A stretch of DNA of 64,000 nt from Schizochytrium sp. TIO01 (Eukaryota > Protista > Bigyra: Labyrinthulomycetes): positions 4,070,862 through 4,134,861 of the forward strand of contig SMSO01000025.1 in NCBI GenBank assembly GCA_004764695.1. Direction: 5' to 3'. Both the position numbers and the translations under genes were made by a program. The notes beneath the pieces are model-generated. The model was given only the letters and a program-made list of their open reading frames with translations, made no database searches and was not told the DNA's origin. Positions 22,898-35,069 of the stretch are shown here, in pieces; the stretch's first letter is position 1, and each line of letters begins with the position of its first letter.

Positions 22898-25720
22898 ATG
22901 GCACAACACAGAGGACTCGCTAACGTGCTGCTTGTACTTGCAGTACTTGGTGCATGTTCCGAGGCCTCGGTCAGCAACTATATTGAGTACCGCGCCACCA
23001 TTCGGAGTTTCCAGCCTATATTTTGCAATGTTGGCCTCAATTCCACCACTTTACTGGAATGGTATCCAACTGCGGTCAAAGCTAGCGCAGCCATCACAGA
23101 GTTCTCTGGCTACCGTGAGAATGTCGACGGTAGCATCAAAGACACGAACTGCCACTACTCTTCAGGGTTAGAGGCTGGTGACTTTGCGGGGCACCCTGAC
23201 TTTGAACCAACGAAGAAGGTCATCACATACGGAAGAACTGAGGGAACTCTGCAAAACTACACTGTCGTGAATCACGCTGGTCTCCCAAAGCCTCAATACT
23301 GCTCAGACTCGAGCAAATGTGGGCAGTGTGTGGACACTACAAATGATGCATGCTACACTGCCGGACCTGAGTACTTTGCAAGCTGGTACAATGATGATAC
23401 ATACTATAACAAGCGTGTGGGTTTCGGTCTAAACTTGTTTCTCGCAAGTGACGATGCTTGCCAAGTCGACAGTATTTCCAATGAAACTGTTTGCGAATAC
23501 TACTTTAGCAGTAAAACACAGGATGAAGAGCTTGGTCCCTACGGCGAGTCAGACGGCTTCTTTGGCCCTTTGGATGGATACATTAGCACTGTCACAGAGG
23601 ATAACTACCCAAATTACACAGATGCACCGATTTGGCCTGTCACTGCCTTGGAATATAAAGACTCGCCAGGTAATAAATTTTGGTTTACAACTGAAATCCA
23701 TTCATACTTCAAGTACCGCGGTGACGAATTCTTCAACTTTAGTGGTGATGATGATGTGTGGGTTTTCATTGACAACCAGCTAGTTCTCGATCTTGGTGGA
23801 ATTAAGACAGCAACGGCCGACCACGTCAATTTGACCGAGCTTGGGAGCTCGCTCGGTCTTGTAGAAGGAGAGATATATTCGTTTGATCTCTTCCATGCTG
23901 AACGGCAGACTTCTGATTCGAATTTCGTGGTGACCACGACCATTTTCGAGTCTTGCAACGTTTTGCAGTCTGGGTCAGCTGCCCAAACATATCCCGGATC
24001 CACTTGGGAATTTACGACAAGTTCCGGTGTTACTGTAGAGGACAGTGGCTTCTACTTGAGTCAGACTTCCTCATCAAAGTACTCGCCCGTGTATGTGTAT
24101 GCATCGTCTCAGTTTAACGTGGGGTCAGGGTTCAAAGCCTCCTTTACATTTTCTGTAGGCTCGGAAGGACTCCCAGAGGGGTTTGCGCTTGTACTTCATC
24201 AGCGCGCCGATGGGCTAGACAATATGCCTGCTACATTAGGCTCCAGCTTGAACTTGCGCTTTCTCACGAATGCGATGGCTATTGTATTTGACATGTGCAC
24301 GGATCGCTACGAAGATGGTTCGACCTGTGATGGCCGCCAGGTCAGACTTCACTACCCATCGAGCTCATCAGATTACCTCGACACCACATCAGATACCCTT
24401 CGTGTGTACGACAACCTCCTTTACTTCCATACAGATAAGGAGTACAATGTCAGTGTTGAGTACCTTGAGACACCGAGCTGGCTCGAGATCTATATCGATG
24501 GCTCTCTTTACCTCCGTCAGACAAACTTCAGCATTGAAGATGTGCTCGGAGGTGGTCGTAATGCCTATATGGGTTTTACATCTGCTACAGGAAGTGATCC
24601 AGCAGATATTTTGATTTCGCGTTGGGATGTTGATACGGTTTCATTGAACACAAGCGAAACCACATATATTGGCGCCGAGTCTGTTTCATCTTCGGGAGTG
24701 GCAACCGAGGTTTCCAGTGGACTGACCCTCGTGGGTGATGGTTCCAGCGTTGCAGGCTATGCAGTTCAGGCTCGCGACTATTGCGGAGAGAAAATTGAGT
24801 ACGGTGGCGACTCAGATCTCATGACTGGTATGTGGGTTGAGATTCCGCAAAAGACGAACGGAAACTGGACCTACTCGAACGGCTCTAGTCCTGAAATTGT
24901 GAATGTCACCGTGGTGGACCCTGATGATGGTACATATGTTGCTGGGCTTACCACCGAGCTCGTTGGCGAGTTCGAACTCTATTTTTGTTTCGGAACCAGT
25001 TGTAGTCTCACTGTAACGTCTGTTGCGGTCTCGAACCAAGCCAATCTCACTGATTTATCGTCTTTATCCTCCCGGCGACGCGTATTGACGTCTGCAGATG
25101 ATTTGCAGGAGGATGAGATTCTTGTTGTCGAGGTCTCGCTTTCATCTGATTCTTCGTCTGATGCCTTTTTTAAGCACGTGGCTGATGCAATTACTGTCGT
25201 TGCTCCTTCTCCGGCCTCGTCACCAACTGGTACGACTACAACCTCGAACTCTGGGCTCGGACAAACAGCGATCACCACTGTGTCTGCTGTTGTTGGGTCT
25301 GTGGGTGCCATGCTATTCCTCGCTTTGATTGTTCTTGTTGTTCTGCGTCGCAAGTGGCGTCGCGACCGCGACTTTATTGATGAAGGTGAGCGCTACAAAA
25401 TGGAGCGTGATGTGCATTACGATGAAGATAGCGAGTTCTCCCGCGTCACTCGTATGGTGATTGCAACCCGTGAGAAAATCAATGCGCTTAGGGCACAGCG
25501 GACGCAAAGTACTACGTATCAAATCAACACACTCGTTCAGGAGCAGCAAGATTTGCAAGAACATGTTCGGCGCGAGAAGATGCGTGCTCAGCAAGCAGAG
25601 GTTATGCCTGCGCCCAGCGGAGACTCGTCTCTTTCTCGAATGAGCCGACGTCTGTTTGGTCGTGAGGACAGGAATCGCAAGCAGTTCGAGGCTTACCACC
25701 ACGAGAACTTTGAAGTGTAA
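22898..25720 (+). CDS. Type I membrane glycoprotein: fibro-slime/PA14 (Psi-like) + L-type lectin-like + filamin-type Ig domain
   Basis: Signal peptide after ATG 22898. Fibro-slime motifs HPDFE, FTTEIH, FSGDDDVWVFID, DLGG and FHAERQTSDSNF; lectin-like FKASFTF/EGFALV/AYMGFTSATG; filamin-like QARD..G..GGD..DGTY. Single TM followed by RRKWRR. Confidence 0.9.
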   Translation: MAQHRGLANVLLVLAVLGACSEASVSNYIEYRATIRSFQPIFCNVGLNSTTLLEWYPTAVKASAAITEFSGYRENVDGSIKDTNCHYSSGLEAGDFAGHPDFEPTKKVITYGRTEGTLQNYTVVNHAGLPKPQYCSDSSKCGQCVDTTNDACYTAGPEYFASWYNDDTYYNKRVGFGLNLFLASDDACQVDSISNETVCEYYFSSKTQDEELGPYGESDGFFGPLDGYISTVTEDNYPNYTDAPIWPVTALEYKDSPGNKFWFTTEIHSYFKYRGDEFFNFSGDDDVWVFIDNQLVLDLGGIKTATADHVNLTELGSSLGLVEGEIYSFDLFHAERQTSDSNFVVTTTIFESCNVLQSGSAAQTYPGSTWEFTTSSGVTVEDSGFYLSQTSSSKYSPVYVYASSQFNVGSGFKASFTFSVGSEGLPEGFALVLHQRADGLDNMPATLGSSLNLRFLTNAMAIVFDMCTDRYEDGSTCDGRQVRLHYPSSSSDYLDTTSDTLRVYDNLLYFHTDKEYNVSVEYLETPSWLEIYIDGSLYLRQTNFSIEDVLGGGRNAYMGFTSATGSDPADILISRWDVDTVSLNTSETTYIGAESVSSSGVATEVSSGLTLVGDGSSVAGYAVQARDYCGEKIEYGGDSDLMTGMWVEIPQKTNGNWTYSNGSSPEIVNVTVVDPDDGTYVAGLTTELVGEFELYFCFGTSCSLTVTSVAVSNQANLTDLSSLSSRRRVLTSADDLQEDEILVVEVSLSSDSSSDAFFKHVADAITVVAPSPASSPTGTTTTSNSGLGQTAITTVSAVVGSVGAMLFLALIVLVVLRRKWRRDRDFIDEGERYKMERDVHYDEDSEFSRVTRMVIATREKINALRAQRTQSTTYQINTLVQEQQDLQEHVRREKMRAQQAEVMPAPSGDSSLSRMSRRLFGREDRNRKQFEAYHHENFEV

Positions 25721-27187
25721 TTTTATATGTGTGGATTTTGCATTGAAGAAGGTGTTCTTCATGCCTGATCCCCCCCACCCCCCCCTCATTTTTGGCCTGT
25801 TTACAAAAGCAACGCTTCTTTTTTTATATAAATAAATGGTTTGGAATAGAAGTTAATAGTAAATAGTAGTAGGAGTACTACTACTGCTTCATCGAAGAAA
25901 TGTTGCTGTATGAGCTTTTTAAGATGTAAAGGATTCCGAAAGATGTTTTTGATTTGCATGAATACAGTTTGCTTGATAAAATTTACCCCAAAACCTTGAT
26001 GGATGATGTTTCAATTTGCTTTGGGGGAGGAGTTTGCTGCATTATATAATGTGCTCCTCACTCTCTCGCTGCTGATGCAACTCTATTAAAAAGCAAACAA
26101 CCAAGAAAACAAGGAATAGTTGTTTCCTTTCGCTAAAGGAAACACGCAATCAGTATTGCTATATAGTGCGGCTCCCTCTCTGCTTTGAATACTTCTGAAA
26201 GATGTTTATAGCTTTTCATTTTATATTGTTGCTTGATGATTTATATTATTAGGAGGTTAGCATTTTGCAAAACGAATAAAGTGGGATCTACTGTTGCATC
26301 CAAAAGGTCCCATCTCATTCTGCTGATGTTTTGTTTAGTCTATGACATCCAATGACTTAATTTTTGTTTTATCAATGCACATTTGAGATTGCTACACGCA
26401 CAAATGGAAAGTGCATGTGTATGATGGGACACTTGCACAAGAATCTCTTTTCTCAAACACCATTTTCTTGAAGGTTTTACATACGGAATTGACAAAAGTT
26501 CTGAACAAGATTGGATTCAAGTGCTTCACTCTCCAAAGAGGTATAACAAGTAGGTGCTGATAATGAAAAGCAAGGAAATAATGTTTTATTTTATCTTGGT
26601 ATACTTGTGTGGACGTGACTTGCAAGTTAGGGTAGCAACAGCACACATATACAGTAAATCAAAATGATACATGTTCGAAGGGAACAAGCATAGATTACGT
26701 ATGTGCATGCACGAGACTTGCGAACGGACGAAAGGTTAGAGGAAATAGTAGACGATAAACGCGCCTGCGTTTTCGGAACGGGAGGAGGAAATAGAAAGGC
26801 GATGTGATTTTGCGAGCACCTTTATTAATATTGAAAGGTAGAAACGCATCTTCTTCTGTTTTTCGCTGCTCGATATGTCCTTGATTCAGGTCGCACTGCG
26901 CATGCGAGTCTAAAACGTAAATTATGTAAAAAAGAAAATAAAGGAGGAGCGAATAGTATGTAAAGAGGGAAACGTAGCGGATGGGCCGAGAAGGAGAAAA
27001 AGGCGAAAACGAAAGAGGACCTAGGTTGATCTAAGCATCTGCCTACAGAGTGAGTGACAAAAAATCGGCATGTCACCCCTCTCCATCGGAAAGCACACAC
27101 GGGCGCAGACACAAAAAAGAGAAGCCCTTCCTAGATCTTATATGAGGAAAGAAGTTGGATGAGGTTGGAAGAGTCGAGTAAGAAGTT

Positions 27188-28846
27188 TTAGAGAGAAGCA
27201 GGTGCCTTAGTAGCCAGGTACTTGTCAACGGCGGCAGCGACCTCGCGTCCCTCGCGCATTGCACGTACAACTAGGGACTGACCACGTCTGCAGTCACCGG
27301 CAGCGTAGACTCCAGGGATGTTAGTAGCGAACTCGCCGTACTCGGCCTTGATGTTGCCCCGGGGATCAGCCTCGAGCTTGAGTTGCTTGAGCATTGTCTC
27401 TTCAGGTCCTAAGAATCCAAGCGAGAGAAGCACCAGATCAGCCGGAATGATTCTCTCTGAATTGGGAATCTCTGTAAACTTGCCGTCGCGCCATGCAATG
27501 CGAACTGTGCGAATGCCGACCACATGCCCAGATTCGTCTCCAAGGTACTCCTTCGTCAGCGTGTTGAACTGGCGCGGGTCCTGTCCGTACACGGCGGCGG
27601 CCTCTTCTCCACCATAGTCGAGCTTGAACGTCTTGGGAAAGGTGGGCCATGGCATGGTCTCATCCCTTTCCATTGGTGGCTTCTCGAGCAGTTCCAAGTT
27701 GATGACATTACGGGCCCGCATACGCACAGAGGTTCCCACGCAGTCATTTCCAGTGTCTCCGCCTCCAATTACCACAACGTTCTTATCTCTCGCTGAAATG
27801 TAGCTTCCATCCCAGTGTCTGAGCCTGCCGTTTCCGTCGTCGAGCAGCGTCTTGGTTGTGGCCGTGAGAAAATCCATTGCAGGGTAAATTCCCTTGAGGT
27901 CGGCTCCAGGAATGTTAAGCATTCTCGGTTTGGTGGCACCTACCGTAAGCACGATTGCATCATTCTCACGGTGCATATCGCGCAAGTCGTGCGCAGGGTC
28001 CACACCAACGTGAGCCCCTGTCACGTAATGAATTCCCTCCTCTGCCCAAAGGTCGATTCTCCGTTGCAGCGATGTCTTGTCGAGCTTGGGGGCAGGAATG
28101 CCATACATGAGCAAGCCACCGATGCGATCTGCGCGTTCATACACCGTGACGGAGTGACCTTTACGGTTGAGCATGTCTGCGGCGCAGAGTCCAGCGGGTC
28201 CGGAGCCAATGACTGCGACCTTCATGCCTGTGCGCATGGGCGGCGGCTTGGCGACGATCCAGCCGTTGGCCCAGCCGCGTTCGATGATCTGTTGCTCGAT
28301 ATTTTTGATGGTCACGGGGCTGTCCACGAGACCTGCGACGCAGGCTCCTTCGCAGGGAGCAGGGCAGACGTGCGAGGTCCACTCCGGAGCGTTGCTGGTG
28401 GCCAGGAGGACGTCGAGGGCCTCGCGCCATTCGCCGTTGTAAGCGAGCTTGTTGAAGCGTGGGATCTCGTTGCCGAGAGGACATCCATAGGGTTCCGAGC
28501 AGCAGGTCGGAGTGCCACAGTCCATACAGCGAGCGGCTTGCACAGTGACCTCGGAGTTCTCACGATCAAGGGCATGGGGAAGGATTACTTCCCAATCGTT
28601 GATACGCTCGTTCACAGGACGGTATTTGGTCGGATCACGCTCGTAGTCCACAAAACCGCGGAGGTTGTTGATGGGAGCGACCTCACCATCGCGACGCCAG
28701 ACGAGGAGCTCGCCACTGGCACCGGCGGAAACGGTGTTAGGCTTCACATCGCGCTTGTGCTTGCCAATGACAGCGGCGCCAGTGGCGGAGACAGGTACTG
28801 ATTCCACACCCAGGGTGCGTCCGCCGAGGTCCTCGATGTCTGACAT
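27188..28846 (-). CDS. gltD: Glutamate synthase beta (small, FAD/NADH-binding, Fe-S) subunit
   Basis: QAARCMDCG..GCP and CPAPCEGAC Fe-S motifs, GSGPAG and GGGDTG nucleotide-binding motifs, GDCRRGQSLVV. First ATG is at 28846 (MSDIEDL); the track's TTG start at 28924 is unlikely in a eukaryote. Confidence 0.96.
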   Translation of the reverse strand: MSDIEDLGGRTLGVESVPVSATGAAVIGKHKRDVKPNTVSAGASGELLVWRRDGEVAPINNLRGFVDYERDPTKYRPVNERINDWEVILPHALDRENSEVTVQAARCMDCGTPTCCSEPYGCPLGNEIPRFNKLAYNGEWREALDVLLATSNAPEWTSHVCPAPCEGACVAGLVDSPVTIKNIEQQIIERGWANGWIVAKPPPMRTGMKVAVIGSGPAGLCAADMLNRKGHSVTVYERADRIGGLLMYGIPAPKLDKTSLQRRIDLWAEEGIHYVTGAHVGVDPAHDLRDMHRENDAIVLTVGATKPRMLNIPGADLKGIYPAMDFLTATTKTLLDDGNGRLRHWDGSYISARDKNVVVIGGGDTGNDCVGTSVRMRARNVINLELLEKPPMERDETMPWPTFPKTFKLDYGGEEAAAVYGQDPRQFNTLTKEYLGDESGHVVGIRTVRIAWRDGKFTEIPNSERIIPADLVLLSLGFLGPEETMLKQLKLEADPRGNIKAEYGEFATNIPGVYAAGDCRRGQSLVVRAMREGREVAAAVDKYLATKAPASL

Positions 28847-31202
28847 TGTAATTTCTCTTTGACTGGTTTGTCTTGGGTAAGGGGGGGGGGGGGGATCCAA
28901 ATCTGCGACCAAGAATTGTTTCAAGGCCTTTTATAGATCGATAAAGCAGGACCTTCGAAGTGGGCACGGTCGATCCTATTCCTGCAAACAAACAAAAACA
29001 ACACGTCCTAACCTTTCGAGGGGGTTCAAGAAGAAGTAGTGGTACGCAGAGCCACCACCGAGGCAATAGTCCTGCTTTTCCTTCTCCTCCTTCTTGCACT
29101 ACGACGACCTCCTTCCCTTTGTCTGTTCTCCTCTGCTGCTGTAAGCGACAAGATGGACCTGGGAGGGCGCTCTTCTGCTACGCTCTGCGATGCCCTTGTG
29201 AGTTCGCTCACTCACTCGCTCGGCTCGCTCGCAGGCGTCTCTGCTTTTGGAGTCTGCGCGGAGTATGGAATTGGAGAGCTCAAGTGCTTGAGCAAGCAAG
29301 CTGCTTAGCAATGAGTGATTGTGTGAGAGATTTTGAGCGATGATTTCAATTTCAATTTCGCTCTTCCCCCTTCACGTTTTCTTTCCTTCTTTTCCATCTC
29401 TCAAAGTTGGTATAAATAAGTACCTACAGCATTTTTTAATTTTTAAAATTTCTTTTTAAAAGTTGAAACTAGATGGTATGATGGTTTGTTTAAACATTTA
29501 TATATTTTAAATAAGTATAAGTACGAGAATAAAATTATATATATATATCCAAAAATGCGCTCCAACAGTGGTGATTGAAGTTATGAAAAGCTCTCTTGGC
29601 TTTCCAAGTATGAAAAGAAGTGGGATGAGAAATCCGTCCGTGGAGGAAAGGAGATGCAGCAAACTTGGTTATTCGCATGGTTTTGATATCAATATTCTTT
29701 TTGAGGCAATCAAAACAGTTTATTCTTTTAGATCGAAAGAGAAAAGAAAAGAAGAAGAAGAAAAAAAAACTTTTTTTCAGGTCTCTGCGATTGGGGAGTT
29801 TATACGAATTCAATGAGGAGCCAGACAGACAGTTCTTTTCTCGAGGAGAGAAGGCTTTTCTTTCACGTTGAAATAACTCCATTGCCGAAGCTGTCTCATA
29901 AACCGCCTCTCACGATACTCTACATTAGTTTCTTTCTTAAGCACGAAAGTTAAAGTCGCCTCTTATCTTCTTCTCCGCATAACACGAAGAGGACGACGCT
30001 CTTTTCCTTTCCTCTCCTTTCCTTTCCTTTATATTTCTTTCCTTTCCTTTATATTTAAAATAGTTAACTATAATAAAGGGGATATTCCGAAATAAAAAGT
30101 AGAAGAAACGTCTTAAATGTGAAAAATGGCGTTAAAAAAAAATAATCTTGTTATAAGAGAAGAAAGAAAACAGATAAAACTAATTTACGAACAAATCAAT
30201 AAATGAACAACACATTCAGATTTCGTGGATTTCCCTGCGGAGTTGCTCAACTTTAAGTTCAACCTTTAATAAAAGCTGCTCTGAGGCAGCGAGACATCTT
30301 CGCCTCACCGATCTTTTCACCACTCATCGAAGCAATTTGCTTCAGCCATCGACTGCTTATTTAGCGACTTCGTTCGCTTATTTCCTCAGCGGTCGCCGTC
30401 CTTTATTCCTCAATCCGCTGCCTCTGCCGACCAGTAGCACCTACCTACCCCAAACCTTAGCACCTCCCTTTTTTTACCAAATGTAATGCAGTCCCATACA
30501 CGCGAGAAACCTTGGGGACACTTAGGACCTGTATATAGATCTCGATCCTGAATCATCATCACACTATGGATGGCGTACTACTCTGGAAACCTGAGAGAGA
30601 AGGCAGAGTGAAGAAGAGAAAGAGAGCGAATCCACGCTTAATGGAGTGCTAAGAGGCTCTTTCCGCTCGTCCTCGAGCGCTCATCGACTGACTAACCAAC
30701 TAATACATGGAGATATAGAGAGGTGAAGGAGCGAAAAGAAAAGGAGAGGGCATCTTTTCATTCATTTTTTATTTAAATATTATAAAAATCAAGTTTTAAT
30801 TTAGTATTTTATTTATTTATTTATTTTCCAAAAGAGCCTTATCTCGTTCTTAAATTCTGTTTTTAATAACTTTTGCGAATAGCAACTTCATACAAGTGCA
30901 AGCTTAAGCAGCCGCAGATTGACAGCCACGACAAGCGGTCCCTACCACTAGTGTCCACCTAGTCAGATAGCTAGCACTGCCCGCCTCATATCACCTAGCA
31001 GGAATGCCAAAGCAAAAGTAACTACACCAAGTATGTATGTATGTATATATGTAACCAAGCAAGTACAAGAACGTGAGATTGCCAGCTCAATGAGCAGCAC
31101 TCTTACAGCTCAACCTCAGAGCTCTGCTTGCTTATCAGCCAGGCATCCATTCGTCCATCTGCACAGGCATTTATCTGCACAGGCACTCGTCCACTTATGG
31201 GA

Positions 31203-31328
31203 TATATTCATTCCATCCTTCATTTATATTCATTCCTTCATTTATATTCATTCATTCATTTATATTCATTCCTTCATTTATTCATTTATATTCATTCATT
31301 CGTTTCATTTATATTCATTCATTCATTC
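31203..31328. repeat. Compound micro/minisatellite (TTTATATTCATTC(C/A)TTCA-like)
   Basis: Directly visible ~18-bp units built from TTCA. Confidence 0.85.
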
Positions 31329-34270
31329 TATACAGCACAGTCTGAAATGGACAAACAAAAGCAGAGAGAGAAAGAGAGAAAGCACAGAGATCGCTCCGGG
31401 CCCGACAGATCTCCGAGCACCTCCCAGCTGGGTCTTCTCTCTCTCTCTCTCCTTAATTCCGCAATTCGCTCTTTCTTTCTTTCATCTCTCTCTCTGCAAA
31501 GCACTCTGATCTCTTTAAGAACTTACTTACTTACTTACTCACTACTGTCGATTCTCTTCAGAAAGCGGGCCCTGCTTACTTGGAGACTGGAGGCCGACCA
31601 GAACGGAGCCAAAGCGAGGCGGCTTCAAGGGGGGGGAAGAGAGGAGCGCTGGTTCTGTCGCGTATCTTTCGCCGTCCATTCGACGGATACGCTGCTTCAC
31701 TCTTGAGCTTGGCATGGCATTGGTCTGCATGATTTCCATTCCTTTTCTTCTTCTTCGAGTTCCCAGTCTTTTGTTTGTTTGTTTGTTTTTCCGCTATAAA
31801 TACACAGAGTACCATATAGTTCATTACCATATCTATTTCAGGAAAGAAAATATAAATAAATCAATGCTGTTGTTTTATCATTAAATTGTGTATCTCGAAT
31901 TAATTAATTACTTAATTAATTAATTTACTTATCATGATTTACTATTGTGGAATAAGTTTATAAACTGCTCGCAAACCGAGAAACGAAGAAGGCACCGGAC
32001 CCTCAGTGTTTTCTGTGCCTTCAACAGCGCGACAGTTCATCGTTACCAAAGTGTAACGAAACTCAGGTTGCTACCCACTTTGTATTGCAGTTTAAAGCAA
32101 TGAAAATATAACAATACCGTCCATGAAATGTGGTTTCTGCTGCTCCACACCGCTCTGCCTCGTCATCCTCGTCATCGTCCCGACCGGCTAGGAGACTCTA
32201 CGGGTTTCGGGTAAGACCCCGCAGGCTTTCTCCGTACTGGTTAACAGTACCAGTACCGCCAGAGAGCCTGCGCTGTCGCGAGGGCCTGCTTGGACTTGTA
32301 TTAAACACAGCGGAGCAGAAAGACGGGGCGAACCTCAGGAATGACTCTTTATCTCCTTTCCTTTACAAACCACGAAGAATAAGAAAGGAGCACAAAGGAT
32401 AATGCTGCTGTTTAATGTACTATACTATACTATACTATTCTATGCCATACTGTAATATGGCTGATGGAGAGCCTTTCCACTTTCTTTCAATTTGAAAACG
32501 TAGTCCCCATTGCCTCAAGAACCACAATGCTCAAGCCTTCGCAGATCTTCTATTATATGGCCAATCTCGCAGATACCATCATTCACTTCCCGGCACCTCC
32601 TGAAGAGAGGGAACTTATCTCCAACTCGACGACCACTTATGATCCATAACCATCTACTCACGCGCAAAGGATAAGCGGCGTGAAGAAGTGCTCTTGTTGG
32701 CCACAAGTGAGACAGAACAAGGCCGCCTTCAGGTGGGTGTGTACCTGCCTCAAAGCCGCCCAATCGCCGAAGAGCGCGATCCTGAGACGGCCGAAGCTCG
32801 TTTATGAGGCCTTCTCTTAGTATTTCTGACCGATTTCCGACTGATTGGTTGATTGATTGTATCTGTCGATGGTATTTCAAGTTCTCAAAAAACTCACAAA
32901 CTCACAAACAAACAAATAAATTGATCGATTAATTAATCAACTCACATTGAAGAGAAGCGACTTCAAAGAAGTTCAACTCTATGAAAGCAGAAGAGAATGT
33001 GAGCTTGACTTTCCTATTATTAATTCCTCGAAGGCCATTCTGGAGAACCTCGATATCGCTGTCCGATACATATACTCTACGAGTGGGTGAGGTACGTGTC
33101 GCTTACAACATTCAAAACACTGAAGGTCAGATCACTTGTTCTCATGGTTTGATTTCAAAGCGTATCGTTTTAATCTGTTGCTTTGGAATGAGACTGCGAA
33201 TTAGAAAGAAGAGTGTGTTTGAGGAAGGTTCTCATGATCGCGAGCAGACACTTGGAAGGGCGCGAGCAGAGCGATGTAATCCTACGGTTCCTACTATCTG
33301 CCAATAGGAGTGGACTTGGGATGTGATCTTGTTTAAAAGCTATTTTTAAGTTATTTTATTTTTAATTACAAAATATATATATAATTAAAACATAGAAGTT
33401 TTGCATTCTGTTTAAATAAAGAGTAAATGAACTGCTTCGCTCTTCAATCAAATGGTCGATTTGCCTCCTTTCTTTTCCACAGCATAACTCGAAAGCAGCG
33501 GAGATCGAAGACAAATGAATAGAACTGCGCTCCTCCAACGGGGAAATGGATGCGAAATGGCGGACTAAGAGATCCATTGCACAAGTTCATTCGTACATAC
33601 ATATCATCCGCAAAGAAATCGCAGCGATGGCGGGCGAATGGGTAAAATAGCTTACGCACTAAAGGGCGAATTGAGCCCAGAATTGAAGAAGGAAGCGGCA
33701 TGACTGAAGGAAGTGAGGCTTTCTCCCTATTCCCACTCATGCTTTTCCATGAAATATATTACATGTCTTCTATGAGCATACGTTTTAAAGTTGAAAGGCA
33801 ACTTGCGAATTGTTATTATTACTGCAAACCAAAGAATCGCTGTTATTATTTTCTTTATTATTTCTTTATTTCTTTATTTCTTCAATGATTTTATTTATTT
33901 TATTTTACTCTACTTTATTTAGAAACACACAGAGAGAGAGGAGACGAGGGAAGTAATGACGCGCTCCGCCATTTCTCGCAGTAGGAAGTCTCTATCCACT
34001 TTGTTAGCACCTAAACAGAAAAGGGAAAAGGGGAAAGCACATTTCAAACAGAGAGAGGAAGAAAGGGCGCAAGAAAGAGGGGGCAGAGTAGGCAGGCCCA
34101 ATTTAAGGTGGAGATTTAAGGTGGCGATCGACTCATCGATTGATTTTGCCTCCTTGAGCGAAAGAAGCTGCCAATAGCTAAGAAGAGACTGCCTTACCGC
34201 TCAGGACCTCCTCAGTACGACTCGCTTATGTGCCGCAAGAGGCGGATTGAGGGTGTTTACGGGTGGCTGT

Positions 34271-34332
34271 GATTGATCGATTGATTAATCGATTGAATGA
34301 TTAATTGATTGATTGATTGATTGATTGATTGA
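34271..34332. repeat. (GATT)n-rich microsatellite
   Basis: Directly visible, imperfect. Confidence 0.8.
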
Positions 34333-35018
34333 GGTTACTTTTGCTGGGGAAAGTATGAAAGCCTAAATTGAGGAAAGGTAATCTAGGGCGTGTGCATAGT
34401 TAAGGGACCCGAGCATGGGGGTGGTGCGGATAAGGCGGAAAGTGGTACTCGCAGAGTTTTTGATAATGCCCCAAATCACTGGCATAACTAACTGATATGT
34501 AGCGGAATGGTTTTAGTTCATTCATTTCAAGGTATTCTTCTTCTGCTGCTGCTCCTTCTTCATCCGAGTGTGCGGGAATTAGATGAGTTGGCGTCATTAA
34601 GAACTGCGGTTCGACGTTCGAGGCTTTCTTTGTTCGAATTGAAGTTGCTCCGTCCGACTCTGCGAGTTAAGGTTCGCGAGGATTTCAAGATGCTTTTCTT
34701 TTCTGAAAAGTAAGTAGGTACGTACTTAGGCACTGCTAGGAAGAGTAAGGACCGGTTCTTCCTTAGATGGAAAGACTAAGCCAGGTGCCTTTTTGAGAGC
34801 GTATTAGAGAACGGTGCAGTCAACTATGTGAAATACAGCAAATCAATTCGCATTCGATTTCTCATGATGATCGACGTGACAGATAATCACGTTGAAGAAT
34901 GGGAACGGGAGACTGAGTAACGCATGGTACCTACCTACCTATTTATTGGTTTTGCGACCAACTTTCCAAAGGCCTTGCGACCTGTATAATCAACACCGCA
35001 GCTTTTATGTTGGTTCTC

Positions 35019-35019
35019 G

Positions 35020-35069
<50 letters not shown>
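35019..35069. repeat. (GTT)17 microsatellite
   Basis: Directly visible perfect trinucleotide run. Confidence 0.95.

Noticed and set aside
27815-28801. 328-aa + strand ORF
   Set aside because: Antisense shadow of gltD.
34400-34597. 65-aa ORF in the GOGAT spacer
   Set aside because: Short, with no similarity to either subunit or to any family I recognise.
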